Numbered from the stretch's first letter, positions 37,546 through 56,500 are shown. The stretch is 64,000 nt of DNA from Lama guanicoe (GCA_013239625.1 MU054391.1:6655824-6719823); one strand, 5' to 3'. Numbers and translations are program-made. The notes: generated from the letters alone by a model not told the origin.

Positions 37546-40500
37546 ATGTGTGGGGACATTCTTTCCTCCTTCCTTCCCTCCACAACTGTTTATTGAGCAC
37601 CACTACTGGCCAGGCACCATTCGAGCTGGAAATGCATCTGTGGTGTTTTGTCTCAGATGAGGGAAACGATGAACAAAATAATATGAGCTAATGACGCTAA
37701 GAAGAAAGTAGTAATGAGACAGACTGGCAGTGAGCTGGGCAGGAGCACGTTATTAGCAGGTCATGAAAGGGACGGTTTTGGCACTGAGATCAAGTAAGAG
37801 CCAACCACAGAAGAGAGAGTCCCAGGGTACAAAAAACGTGGAGATGTAAGGTAGGACCAGGTTGGTGGCACTGGAGTCCAGGAAGAACCCAGGTGCTGTC
37901 ATAAGGCTGCTGCTAGGTTTTGTTCCAGTTTCTATTTATTGGGAAGAATGATCATGTGTTGACCTCAGTGAGATCCAAGACTTTGATAGCTAAGATCTGT
38001 ATAATCACTGGGAAAGTGAAAATTAGCCCCGCTAATGGGCACATGAGATTTCCAACAGGACATGGATGAAGCCAACAGAACAAAAAAGCTGGGAAACCAA
38101 GACAAGGCCATGCTGCAGTTGCAAAATGACTAACTCGCTCTCCAGCATCGCCCAGCACGAGACCAATCACGAGGATCCTTTCCAAGATGGCCTTGGGTTG
38201 CTGGATGGGAGTGGCTCTCGGCCGCAGGAAGCCACGTGACCCCAGCATGGGGGCACAGGAATGCTCCTGGGGTCACTCTGCATTGTGGGCTGCAACAGAC
38301 TCATGACAATATTAGCCAGCATCATTCTTAAGAGCTGCCAGGCAGTTCGCTAAGAGCTTGACGCACAATGTGGGATGCTTCATGTTGTCATGATCCTCTG
38401 GGGTGACCGCTATTATTGCCACCTTCCGAGAGGGTGGGACTGAGACTTAGAGAGGAGAGCTATAAAGTAGCAGAAAGGAGATTCAGACGGAGTCCACCCC
38501 ATTAAGGAAGCTTGTCTGATGCCATCTGCAAACAAGGGCCTTCACTAGCAAAGCTGTTCTCAGCATTCTGAGTGCTACTGAGGGCAGGAGCCCGCACTGG
38601 CTTTCAGGTCTGACCCCTAAGTGCTTGCTCTTAATCATCATATTTTACCACCTTCCTGCATGTAAACTCACTAAGCAGATTTCAGCCCTAATGCAAAATG
38701 CAGGAGGCATCCCATTCTAGTGCTCTTGTTCCCAGGAGAACTTACAAGATGCAAATACAAACACATCTTCCCTCCTGGGAGGCACTCCTCACCCATAGTT
38801 CAAAGGCACCATTAGAGTTGATAGCCTGGAGCGAGCACTTCCTTCCAGGAGCATCTGCAGAGTCTTACAGGGCTTTCCAGACCGGGCTGAGTTTGTGCTG
38901 CTCCCCAGGGGTCCCTTCTGATTTACAGACTCCTCACCAGCTTGTAGAACCAACGTGTCTGAGGCAGCTGTTGGCTTTTGCGGTAATCAAAACAAGGCTA
39001 ATATTGGCAAAATAATAAGCAGGATATTGTGAAAGTTGCATCAATAAACAAAGTATTTTCCCACCCATTTGGTTTTGCCGCCCAAAAGCTAACTCTTGTA
39101 TCCCTCAGCATTTGCTTCAGATGTGACTTCCTCCTAAAAAAATCAGCCAAGCAGTTTTCTTTAACGAGGCTCCCCTGACTCCCTTGTTTGGAAAAGAAGA
39201 GTCCCACTCGGAGAGGGAGGAAGGAGAGGTCGCAGAACAGGAGCCCTGGGAGGACTCGATGCGGGACTGATCCCAAGCTGCAGTTTTCCCACTTGGAGAG
39301 GCAAGCTCCCTGGGCCTCTGTGTCTTCATCTGTCAGTTGGGGTGAAGACAAATCAGACTACAGGATGAAGTCACAGCGCAGTGACTCCAGGGGAGGAAGA
39401 CAGAGGAAACGGCTCAGCCAGGGTCACACAGAGGGGGAGGCCCGCGCTAGGACGGGGTCTGCCTGGTACATATCCCCGGCTCTCTACCTGGCCAGGGGCC
39501 CTCCTCCACGGTCCCCAACCTGCCCAGCCACCCCAGCTCCAGCACAGCCCGGGTCAGGGACCACCAGGGGACCACAACCAGCAGGGGGCCAGGGGCCCAG
39601 CCTGGAGCAGGGGGAGGTCTGACAGATCAGGCTCCTGGGGGCACAGACCCGCGCAGTCAGTCTGGTAGGAAAGTCATGAGGACTCAGACGGGGGCTCAGA
39701 AGGGAAAAAGGAAGGCAGCCTGATCCAATGTCATAGTAGCCCTGTCTTGGGGGAAAAAAACAATCCTCTGAGCCACAGAAACCATAGTTTGGGGGCTGGA
39801 AGGGGTCTTAACACCATTCAAGTCAGGCACCACAGACCCCCTCCGGGTGGATATTCAGCCCGCAGGTACTGGCGCAGTTGTTAAAACGTTGACATCCCGC
39901 CCTACTGGCTGGAAAATAGCTGCTGCCCCCACCTCTCACCTCTGCACACCTGCGCAGCGGGAGGCCTCCAGTCCTTTCCCACTGGCCGGTGCCTGGGCCC
40001 TACCTGTTGTAAATAAAGCATCACCCCAATCCGAGGCCACTGTTAACTGAGGGCTCTTTGTCCAGCACGTCTTTCCCTCAGGCCCACTGCTGGGTTCCTT
40101 CTTTGGACATTACACTCATTTTCACAGTATCTCAAACCTTAAAGTTGCTTGACTTCTTTCCGGTGCCCTGGGATGATGGTAGGAGAGGTAATTGGTGATT
40201 CTAGGTGGGAAGGAGGATGCAAAGCTACAGGCTGCCCCCTGCTGCCCAAAATGAGTATTGCAATCATCCCCAGTAACAACTTTCTCCTAAAATGCACTCA
40301 GCCCATTAGTGGGAAGTTAGAGAATAAAGAAAAATCGATGCCCCCAGAATATTTTTTCCAATGCTTAAAATACCCTCAAATCCCAGGAATCCAGAGCCTT
40401 CAGAATACCAACCACTGAGTTTATACTGTGCATAGCCAAGCAAAGCTGTTTATGACAGACACTTTTCTTCTGCAAACAATTTAAGAAGAGACCAGGAATG

Positions 40501-42689
40501 GCAGTCAGCAGGGGTCGGGTCCTGGCTCCACATTTCCTGCCCGTGTAACCAGCGAGGGGGATGGTTTTCCTGAGCCCCCAGGCTCTGCACCCAAATCCAG
40601 ATACGATCAGCACCCCCTCCCAAGGCTGTCTTGATGCTTTAGGGAGAAATGCAGGTAAGGACACTCTCAGTCCTGAAGTGCTACAAAAATGCTATTTTAC
40701 TGTAATTATCTATCAGGGAATATTTAAATCATCTCCCAGAGCTCAGACTGGTATTGAAAATGTGGAGTGCTTAATTGCTGGAAATGATCAGGGACGCCCC
40801 TGGGGAAATGGCGAGTAGTTAAGTGTCAGCCCACGTGGCACAAGTGGAGAAGAGTTAACACAGCAGGCTCGAGACTGCTGTCCTCAAACGTCTGGCGCAT
40901 AAGACTGGCCCTTCACTGGTGCCTGGGAGCCTGGATTTCAGGAGGGTTTCCTCCAGTCCCTGAAAAGAACATCTCACTGCACCTAAACTGTTTGCGCTAC
41001 ATTTCCAAAAATAGACAAGTTAAAAGAATGGCACAATGGGCACCCACATACCCATTCCTTAGATTCTACAGTTAACGTCTGATTGTGTTTGTTTTGTCTC
41101 ATATCTGTCCATTCCTCTACCATCTATCAGTCTGAAATAGTTTCTAAATAAATTTTTAATTTTAATTTTTAAAAACCATCCCCCATGGAAACATTCAGCT
41201 TCTACATATAGCAGGCACCTGATCATCCTGGATGCCCCTGATGGCTTTTTTGGTCCTGTTCCTTATCTCTGGCCAGGGGACCAGGGCTGAGGTATCTGAG
41301 CAAACTGCATGGCTGTTCCAGGCTGTTCCAAGCTACTCTGTGCCACAGCCTGCAGTCAGCCTTATGAGTGGATTTTCACACAGCAAGCACTGCCCTCTCT
41401 GGGCACTGGGTCCCATGGGCACACTCATGGGACCCCTTCCAGAGATTTGAGATCAGAGCCGCCGCTCCTGGGGCACAGCATGGACCTGTCCTGGCTACAC
41501 TGAGGCCACAAACACTAAGAGGGAAAAATCACCAGGGAAGCCAATTTCTGGGCCCAAAGGGCTCCCAGTCCCTCTTTTTGGAGAAAATTTCAGTCACCAA
41601 ATGCCAGCCCTTCTCATCTTAGCTCTGGAAGAAGAATAGAGGAAGGAGGAGAGATGGAGTCCCAGCCCCACCAACAAGTGATGTTGTTCCAGAAGGTCAC
41701 ACTCACTCAGCCCCTTCCTCATTCAAGTGCCGACGGTTCTTTGTGGCCTGACAGCTCTCACTGTGGCCCATGGTGATGTCATCTCAGCTGCTGGACCTTT
41801 CCTGATTATCTTTGCCCTGTGGGCTTAAAGGCAGCAGTGTCCCCACCGTGCACCACTAAACAGCCCCCTCTGCCCCCACGCAGCTCTAAACAGCTGTGGC
41901 CTGGGCTCCTCCCCTCCAGCCCTGATGCTGGCGCCCAAACACCACTGTTCTCTCTTGCATCCAAGCTTTTGCTCTCATCCCAGTTCTTGCACCTGGCAAA
42001 TCCTTTTCACCTATAAAGACTCAGCTCCTTGGTTCCTCCTTTATGAAAGCAGAATCCGGAAGAGGTGCCCAGGGCAGGCGCACAGTGCCACCCCTGGCGC
42101 ATTGCCCAAGCTGTGGCCGCACCTGGGACATCTCGTGGGCCCCTCTGCACTGCTGCATGGCTTTGTGTGCACGCAGCCGTCCGCCCGTATGTTTGCTTCC
42201 AGCCGTGCAGAGAAGGGAGCACACGGCCAGCTGGGTCTGCCCATGGTTCAGGGAAGGTACCGTGAATCTGTCAACACACACAGTGGGAAAAAGAAGCGGA
42301 CACAGTCCAGAAGTGTAGGATGTCTGGGGGCAGAAGCCTGGGTTGTGGGGTGGTGTTGGAGGACAGCAGCAGAGCAGGAGAGGCCTGGGGCCACCGAGCA
42401 AGCAGGGCTGGGTGGGTCAGAGCAGAAACAGGGCTGAAGCTTCAGAGCGTTAATCCCCACCCTGGGGCTCTCCTTGTTTCCTTCTGAGGATCTACACTCA
42501 AGCAGGAGCCCACGTCTTTGCTTACTGCCCCAGAAGTCAGGACTTCGGTCCTTCCTCCCCCCGCCCAAGCTGTACTGAGGTCTCCAGCCGGGGGCAGGAG
42601 GCAGAGCTGAGGGGCAGCTGAGCTGGGCACCCACAGACCAGGAACAGCTCTCTCCACCCCACCCTGGGGCTCAGACATCCCCCCAACAC

Positions 42690-42760
42690 ACACACAGGGC
42701 CCGCCCCTTCCCTGGCACACTGGGCAGCTGCCCGTTCCCAGGACAACAGTCAACACAGAC
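42690..42760 (+). promoter_or_regulatory. Candidate C2orf50 proximal promoter (GC box, X-box-like and Fox-like motifs)
   Basis: CCGCCC at ~42701, GTTCCCAGGACAAC at 42734-42747 and GTCAACA at 42749-42755, ~220 bp upstream of the ATG. Motif match only. Confidence 0.4.
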
Positions 42761-42903
42761 AGAAGCCCAAAACACAGCTTGCTCTCTCCAGCCCCAAGGT
42801 CCCATCGGCCACTCTGAGCTCGGGGTCCAGGGGAGCAGTGAGGAGGACCCTACACAGGTTCTCCTAAGGTTAGGAGGGAGGGGGTGTCCTGGGAGAGGTC
42901 TGA

Positions 42904-48299
<5,396 letters not shown>

Positions 48300-48774
48300 G
48301 AGGGGGGGCCAGGTGGGCCGCCCCGGGGGGTGTGGGGGGAGTGGGGACACCGCCGCAGACCTGGCACCAGCGTCCCAGACAGCACCCCGCAGATCAGCCC
48401 GGGGTCATGATCTCCGCGCTCCACACCTTCCGTCAGAGGCCTCTGTGGGCTCATTTTCACACCTGAGATGGAGAGGACTCAGGGACCTACCTGCCCGCGT
48501 ACTTCTTTGAGGAGGGGGTCAGTTTTCTGCCTGCCGCATATAGGGATATAATGGTACCGATTTTGCAAGGTTGTTGCAAGGATTAAATTAGTCACAGGGG
48601 CTGCTGAGAGGGCCGACTCTCGGGTCAGTCTCTCATCTCTTTCGTTATCTGTGTGAGAGTCAGGGCGGTCAGGGCGAGGCTGGAGCCGAGCAGGGCGAGT
48701 CTGCCTGCAGGGGAACTGAGTTGAGCCAGTGAATCACACAGCTTTGGGGGCCCTTTTACAGAGTGCATTGTTGG

Positions 48775-49301
48775 TGAGGTGGGAAACCCCAGGCAGGGCC
48801 ACTACTCTCCTGCCAGCACCAACCGGTTCCCTGGCCCAGCGGCTCTATCTCACTCTTTGCCTCTGAAAGGGCTTACTTATAGGAAAATGGAACTTACCCC
48901 CTAAAATTCTATTGGTTCCCTGAGCTAACTCCTGATTGGTCCATTTATAGTACTTCATTTGCATGGTGCTCACTCCTGATTGGTTATTTCTCTCCCTCCT
49001 GATTGGTCCATTTCTACAAAGCTTGTTTCTAATTAGTCAACTTTTGTTATACCTTATTTACATATAATGTTACAAAGCGTAAACTGGCAGCCTATAAAAG
49101 CCTATGTAAATGTACAGGGTCCAGAGCTTGGAGTGTTAACTCCCCTAGGCAAGCTGGTGTAATAAACCTGAGTTCTCCAACTCTCCAACCAAGTGCTGCT
49201 TGGTCTCTCGTTCGGATCCAGGTTGCTGTCAAAACTGAGCTGAAATACGGAGCTGTAACACCGAACTGTAACACTGAGCTATAACACACTTATCTGCAAC
49301 A
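48775..49301 (+). mobile_element. Solo ERV1-class LTR (copy B)
   Basis: TG...CA termini, 4-bp TSD TTGG (48771-48774 and 49302-49305), four ATTGG, ATTTGCAT at 48957, TATAAAA at 49093, AATAAA at 49161. Confidence 0.9.
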
Positions 49302-51668
49302 TTGGTACAGTCATGCAGTGGGACACACCAGCTCACTTCTTGCTCAGAGGTCCATGTGAAGCTGGGGGTCGGGTGACCTTGGACCCATTAGCAATTGCTC
49401 CACACCAGAGGAGAGTTCCGTCTGTCCCGTGGGCAGCCAGCACTCCCAGAAGGGTCAGGCCCTAGGCTCAAGCAGTTCTCTCACACCTGGTCCTGGGGGC
49501 CCAGGATAAACAGAGTCTAAGATGGGGAGGGTGAAGGGGTGGGTCCACGGCCATGTTGCAGGACCAGGAACTCCCAACCTGGACCACCTCAAAATGGGAA
49601 TACCCTCCTTGCTTCAGCAGGTAAATGGAACGAAATAATGAAAGTCCACATCTGGCACACAGTAGGCTCTCAGATTCTAGACGCTTCTATAGTTGTCACT
49701 GCTGTTATTGATAAGCCTTTGATGCTTGGAAGAAAGCTCTTTGCTTCCCTGTTTTATTTTTCCAATGTTAAGGAACTGTCCACTGGCGAGCAGTCTAATT
49801 AGGGTGGAGGCCAGCGTGATTCCTACGGCAAGTGCCAAAGCAGGAACAGCTTGTACCAAAAGCATGGCATCTGAGAATGAGCTGAGGTTACCGAAACCAT
49901 GGGGGACACCTAGTTAACTGTCTAGATTCCCTTTGCAGGGAAAACCTGAAATGACACCTCAACATACCTGAGACTCAATCCAAAACCCAGGATGAACAGG
50001 AGGTTCATGCTGCCTCCCTGTCTTCCAGAGGGGGCTTCTCCTCCCTGCCAGGTGCCCAGCACACTCCTGCTCTCTTCCCTTCCCTGCCCCCAGTGGCTCA
50101 CAGGAGAGAGCGCAGAACTAAGGAATTTCAGGTCCATGGCCAAGAACAGCTGGTTCCTGGTGTTCAGAGCAGCGGAGCAATTTAGAAGAGGTGAGAAGAG
50201 AAGATATGGAGGGCAGGATGCTCTTGGCCCTGAGATGATCACAGACAGCCGTGGTGATGTGATGGTCAGTGGCTCTTTGGCTGTCTTGGCCAGAGTTCCT
50301 GCACCTTGGTCCTCAGTGCCAGCCTTTAGCCCTGTGGCCCAGACACCCTCTACTCCCCCTGCCTTGTGTCCTGAGCCCTCCCCAGCGCCCACATCTCCTT
50401 TTCGGCTGCCTCCAGAGCACTGGGAGCCCTGCAGTCTGGCCTAAGTGACAGAGCCCTGAAAGGGGCTGAGGCGGCAGAGACTTCTAACAAAAGTGCCACT
50501 GACGCTGCAGGGCACCTGGCCTTGACCTCCATCTTTGATACTCAAACACATCAGACGACAACAGTTTAGATTAGATTTGCCTTCCACAATTCTTGCCACT
50601 CCCAGTGTCCAGTAAGGAATAAACAGAAATCATGTCTTCTGTCCAAAGCACCCCAGGTTCCAGTGGCGCTGGCCTGTGGTCACTGAGCCATGTGCTGAGG
50701 GCATGGCTCTGTGAAGCCACTGGCTGTGACAGTTGGCCAGCCATGAGGCTAGGGTGATGCCCTGGCAGTCAGGCCTCTCATAGGAGAGGGTTCCTGCCAA
50801 GCAGAAGCGTCCCCGGGAGGCTGGGAAGGCAGAAGGCACAACCCAGGACCCTTCCAGAAGCACAGAGATGCAGTGGCATGTCCTTCCAGGACAGCAGGGC
50901 CTGAGTGCTGTATGGGTCAGTCCCCAGCCTCCTGGTCACGGGACAATGTGGAGGTGGTGGCAGCCACTCCCCTCCCCGGGCAGGGAGGTTTACGGAACTG
51001 TTCCTCATATCTGCTCCTCACCCTTCCAGTGGCTTGGCACACTGCTTATCACCTCGAACAGTAAGTAGCCAACTAAAGAGGAAGCTTCTGTGGTCTGTAG
51101 TCAAACCCTCACTGACACACTTTTCTTGGCAGAGAGCTTCTGGACACGTCTAAGATCCAGAACATTCTGTTGTCTCCTAGGACCCTGTCCGGGAGGCTCA
51201 CAGGACTCATTTTGAATTTGCCACAGGGAGTGAGCTCCCCAGGACGTAAATCTGTGTGATTTAACCAATAGTGATGTTGTCTTTAGTTCCCAAGGACTGT
51301 GGTGGGATTGGTGGGGGGAGGGTTGCTCTCCAGGCCACTCAAATTTTCCAAGATGAAGCAACAGAGTCTTCAGCGCAGCCAACTGGAAGGAAGCCCCTCC
51401 TGCACTTAGCCACTCTGCCGTCTTTGAAGATTAGCTGCACTTTAACTCGATGTCAGGGAGTGGCATTCCATACTCGCTGGGTCCATTATGCACGTAGCAG
51501 AAGTTTGACCAAGTAATCAATGCTTATGATGGATCCCACAGAGAGTGCAGTCTCCCTCCCCAGTGCTCCAGCCAGCGCTTCCCTGTCTAGTGGGCAGGCA
51601 AGTCTGGGGTTGCGTTAAAAGGAGGATTCGGGTTCAGCACGTGTGTATATATACACACATTCACACAG

Positions 51669-51677
51669 ATACATACA

Positions 51678-51704
<27 letters not shown>
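51669..51704. repeat. (ATAC)9 tetranucleotide microsatellite
   Basis: Perfect run. Confidence 0.95.
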
Positions 51705-51709
<5 letters not shown>

Positions 51710-51789
51710 ATATGTAATGTATGTGGGTGTATACAGAGCATGTATGAATATGTATCTATGTTTATTATGAACTGAATTGTGTCCCCAAA

Positions 51790-52111
51790 CTCACAAGGAG
51801 CCAGGATATATATGAACTATTTTGCTGGGGAAAACATGTAGTCAAGTATCAAAAGTTTACAGCTAATTATAAAAAACAGACATCTTAAGTTAATGATTTT
51901 CCGGCTTTTCTATAAATGCAAGAATCTGTGGTGACTTGACATTTTTCCTTCCATAAGCATCTTAACTAGCTAAAAGCCAGTCTAACCAAAGCACAGACCA
52001 CGCCCTGGTCTCCACCCTGAATTCCCCTCAGGGTACATGGGGGTGGGCGGCTACAGTGGCTAAAGGCCTGACCCTGGTAGAACTGGAAAGCTTCAACATT
52101 TTTTTCTTTAC
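51790..52111 (-). mobile_element. Truncated ERV1 LTR (MER41-like, artiodactyl type)
   Basis: aaacagacatcttaagttaatgatttt...cctgaattcccctcaggg...ggtagaactgga...tttaca (TGTAAA terminus on the - strand); family name from memory. Confidence 0.5.
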
Positions 52112-52699
52112 AGTGGATCCTGACATTGCATTGTGATTTGACCAAGAGTGTTCCGTTCTCTGTTCCGTAACCTGGACTGAGTACCTATACCATTTTGAGA
52201 GCTTGGAAAATGCTCCCTACCCCCACAGTCTAAGTCACCTTCTTTTGTCAATTGAAATCTATTCTTACCTTCTTAAGAAAACATTTTATTCTGAAATGCT
52301 TAAGTGCAAGGCTTGGGGGGAGTTGGCGGGGGCGGTCTTCAGGGCTAAGGCCCAAGACCCCAGGAAGGAAGCTCCCCAGGGTTGGGGAGGAAGCGCCTCC
52401 ACTCCCAGCGGGAGGAAAGGGCAGACCGGGCAAGAACTGTTTCCCCACGTGTAAAACCAGGCGGCGGCACATAAACCAAGTTGGGTCGTTTTAAACTTAT
52501 CTCTGAAATGCTTAGTGAGAAAAACAAAGAGAAATACTTTTCAGGGGTGAAAACCGCAACAAAGGGGTTCACGCCCCTGGCGAGGGGTACCCGTTTGTCC
52601 TCCCCGGTTCAGTCTCTGCCAGCCCAACCTGTGGGAAAGCGGGAAAGTCTGGGACGTCTCCCGGAGGCTCAGAACTGAACGAGTCGGCTTAACACGGAA

Positions 52700-53580
52700 A
52701 AGTGCATCAGCAGCGGGTGTAGCACGCAAAGGGTAGGGCTGACGGGCCTCCCGGGCACGGTTCGGACCCGGGGCGAGCTCCCCTGGGGAGGGGTCGCTGT
52801 GACGTGGGGGACGGGGAGACAGGAACGGGAGAGACCAGGAGCCGGCCCGGACCGGGCGGACCCAAGAGGGGCGGAGCCAGACGGAGAGGCCCGGGGAGGG
52901 GCCGAGCAAGCCAGGAGGGGCGGAGCGAGTCCGGGGGCGGGACCGACCTGGGGAGGGGTCGGGGCTAGGCGGGGGCGGAGCGGACACGAGGCAGGAGAGG
53001 GGACCCTGGGCGGGGCCGGGGGCGGAGGAAGGAACCCAGACTGGCCGCCCGGGGCGTGGGCCGGGCGGGGTCCGGGGCCGGGGAAGGCGGAAGCACTGGG
53101 TGAGCCCGGCGGCTGAGTGCTGAGCCACTCGCCTTCCCGCTGCGGCCGGATCCGCGGAGCCCCGGGCCCCGCCGGCGCCATGGAGCTGCTGCTGGGCTTC
53201 TGCAACTGGAGCACGCTGGGCGTGTGCGCGGCGCTCAAGCTGCCGCAGATCTCCGCCGTGCTGGGCGCGCGCAGCGCGCGGGGCATCAGCCTCCCGAGCC
53301 TACTTCTGGAGCTGGGGGGGTAAGGCCCGGGGCGGCCTGGAGCCGACGAGAGCCCGGGGGAGGGAGCCTGGGCTCGGATAAAGTAGAGGCGGGGGAAGCG
53401 GAGCCGAAAGCGCCGGGTCGCGGGGAGTAGCGCTTGCCCCGGCCGCACACTTCCCGTCAGTAGTTGCTGCTCCCCAAGCCTTGCGGGGGCGAGGGGAGTG
53501 GGAAACGAATGACCGCGCACGCCCATTTTACAGACGAGGAAACCGACACTCGGCGAAACTGCCTCCGCCCGTTAGTGGCA
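52700..53580 (+). promoter_or_regulatory. CpG-island promoter of SLC66A3 with multiple GC boxes
   Basis: Very GC- and CpG-rich; repeated GGGGCGG (Sp/KLF) motifs at ~52868-53070; spans the start codon and exon 1. Confidence 0.9.
53180..53319 (+). CDS. SLC66A3: SLC66A3 exon 1 (coding part)
   Basis: Strong Kozak gccggcgccATGG; donor GG|gtaagg at 53320. Confidence 0.96.
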
Positions 53581-56500
53581 AAACCAGCCATCCAGCTTTG
53601 AGCAAGGCTGTTTGCACGTGAGGCTCTCTCAGCTGCTTCCTCCCTAAACCCACGCCCCATCACCGCCCCTTTTCTCGGGTTTTGGTTTCTTCACCTGTAA
53701 AATGAGGGGTTGGACTATGAATTTTAAGGACCCTCTGGCTTTTAAAAGTTACACATTTGTGGGGGGCCGGTGTCAGCGAACGGAGAGCTTTTTAGGGGAG
53801 AGGAGGACTTGAACTTGAGCTGGCCCCTGAAAGGTGAGAGCCAAGACTGCTCCCACAGCGAGTTTATCCATCCAAATCCGAAGTGGGTGCGCTGACTCAG
53901 TATTTAAAGACCTGAACGAGAAAAGCAGAGTTAAAACTTAGTCGGAAAGACATAAAACCCAGTAGGCTAGCCTCTCACCCTGCAAGGCCGGGCCCTCCCG
54001 GCTGCTCCTCGCCAGCCCGGGCTCTGAGGGCCAGTCCTTGGGAGAAGAATTCCTCGGAGGGGCAGCAAGGTTGGTGGACCCAGGTTTCCAGCGCCAGAAA
54101 GAAGCCAGGGGAGAGGAAGAGAGAACGAGGAGACCTTGGGGCCAAGAGGTGTGAGGAGCCACCCTGGGCCCTGCGGGGTCCTGCCTGGGACACGCCCATC
54201 TGAGGGACCAACCTTAGACTATTTGGGGGCGGGAAGTGGGGTGGAGGGAGGCCCTGATGTGCACCCACAGAGCAGAGCCACTTTGGGCGTCCTTAGGGAG
54301 AAGAGGTAGCCACGTGGAGAAAAGGGCTCTCCAGGCAGGGGGGCTTGTGAGCACAAGCCTGGTGGCTGGACTAGAAGCAGTGAGGCCAAAGAGGCTTAAG
54401 ACATGATGTTAAGTAATGTCCACGTGTGCAGGTGCAGTGCATGAGATAGGTGCACTGTTGTTTCCATTTCACAGGTGGGGAAGCCGAGGCCCCAGAGGTT
54501 AGGTAGGTGCCAGGGATTGGGAACCCTCTGCTCCACCTGCTGGGCAGGTGGCTGAGGCCAGCAGGGGGAGGGGGAAGCACTGGCTGGGGTCACACAGAGA
54601 CACCCTCTGCCCTCCGCCCTCTGTGAGGGTGTGGTACATACCAGGCTTAACCCTTCCTGGCTAAGGAGATGTGAGTCACTGAGTCCAGAAGGTCTGTGGA
54701 GCTTCTGACTCACTCTGGGGGAGCCAGGGGCCCGAGGGATCCTCACAGCTTGGGTGGTGGGACAGAGACTCTGAAGGGACAGCGTGGAGATTTGGATTCT
54801 GAGGAAGCTGACTGGCCAGGGTGTGAGCTGGGAAGGCAGGAAGCTCTTCTGAGAAGAGCTGGATTCTGGGGTCTATATCCCTCCCTCCTTCCAAGCCCCG
54901 CCTCTCCAGAGCTTGAATTTTCTTAAAGGAACTGAAGAGTCCCCATATCTTTTCCCCACCACCAGGCTGGGCAGCATTCTGGAAAGCCACTAGAATCAGC
55001 TAGGGATGTCGTTCCTCTTCTAAACATGGTCTCCCAGCACTCCTGTGCCTGAGAGGCCCAGCCCCTTACAAGCCCTGCTAGGACTCCCATCCAGGGATGG
55101 CTCTTGCCCCCTCAGACGTCCTTGGCCTGTGCAGCTTCTTGGGTGCGACCTTCTAAGGGGGCTGCCTGGGGCCTCAAAAGAACCCAGCTTTAGAGACAGG
55201 GAGACCTGGGTTTAGTCTCTTCTAGTCCTGGTCAGTGGTTTGCCCTCCGTTAAAGTCACCTGTAAGTGACATCCTAAGGGACTTGACAGACACCCGTGCC
55301 CAGCCAGTCCCGGATGCTCCAAAACTCATGGAGGTGATTAAATTATTACGTCATCCTTCTTGTTCTCCGTCTCCCTCCCTGACATTTGCAGACTCCAACT
55401 GCCAGTTCTAAGGTTTTGCAAACGAACCTGTGGTGGTGGCCAGGCCTCCCTGCTTTGTGTTGGGTCAGTCCGAGCTCAGCTGTGCCCCTCTCTCCCCAGG
55501 TTCCTGGTGTTCCTCCGGTACCAGTGGTACTATGAGTACCCGCTGCTGACCTACCTGGAGTACCCCATTCTCATCGCACAAGGTAACCGCCTCCTGCCCC
55601 TCCCCCGTGCCCACCCGTGGCCTTTGGGGCCCCTCCTTCCCCTCACTTGAAGCCCTTCCTTTCAGATCTCATCCTCCTGCTGTGTGTCTTCCATTTCAAC
55701 GGGGATGTGAAACGGGCAGCACCATACATCGCCCTGTATCCTTTCGGCATCTGAAGGGTGGGGTAGAGCTCAGTGGTGGAGCTAATGCTTAGCATGCATG
55801 AGGCCCTGGGTTCAATCCCCCAGTACCTCTATTTTAAAAAAAAGAGAGATTCGTGCTGTCTCTCCTTTCAGTATCTGAGAGTCAGAGGTGGGACTGGAGG
55901 TGTTCTTTGCTAATAGGGTGTGTTACTTACTACACGGAGTCCTTTACCGGCTATATGTTCTTTGGTTAAAGGAAAGAACAAGAAATCTCCAGTGCAGTAT
56001 TCCGTGTGAGCGAATATGCCTCCACAGCCCAGCGATGCCCTAGGACAGTCCCTGCCCGGGGCCCTCGCCTCGGAGACCAGGCCACCCCACGGGTCCCTGA
56101 CCCACCAAGTGGGATGTAAACTTAGTACCTGAGCGTGCTGACTTGCAGAAGCATCCCTGCTAAAAGCGACACTGTCTAACTGTATTCTTGAGCGGAAGGG
56201 AGATATTTCTTCCTGCCCTGAAAATGTCCCTGCATAATAATGAGTGGGTCTGGCCTTTAACACCATGCTGCTGACACACCTGGACCGCTGGCTGCTTACT
56301 GCCTGTTAGTGGGCGGGTCTGGGCTCCCGAAGGCTGGTTCAAAGTGAAAGTCAAGACATTAGGAGGGTCTCAGTGGGGCCTGGTCACACACAGACATGTC
56401 CCTTTCACACTCACACAGCGTCTTCCACGAATGAGGGCCAGGATTTCATTTTAACTCTCTTTGTAGAAACTCCATTATTCTCCTGCTAAACTTCACTCTC

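Noticed and set aside
53117..53179. N-terminal extension of SLC66A3 suggested by the ORF track
   Set aside because: It starts at GTG; the ATG at 53180 has a strong Kozak context and matches the orthologue start
52541..53526. 285-aa and 195-aa Pro/Arg-rich minus-strand ORFs
   Set aside because: Stop codons are depleted in a CpG island, and the ORFs are antisense to SLC66A3 exon 1
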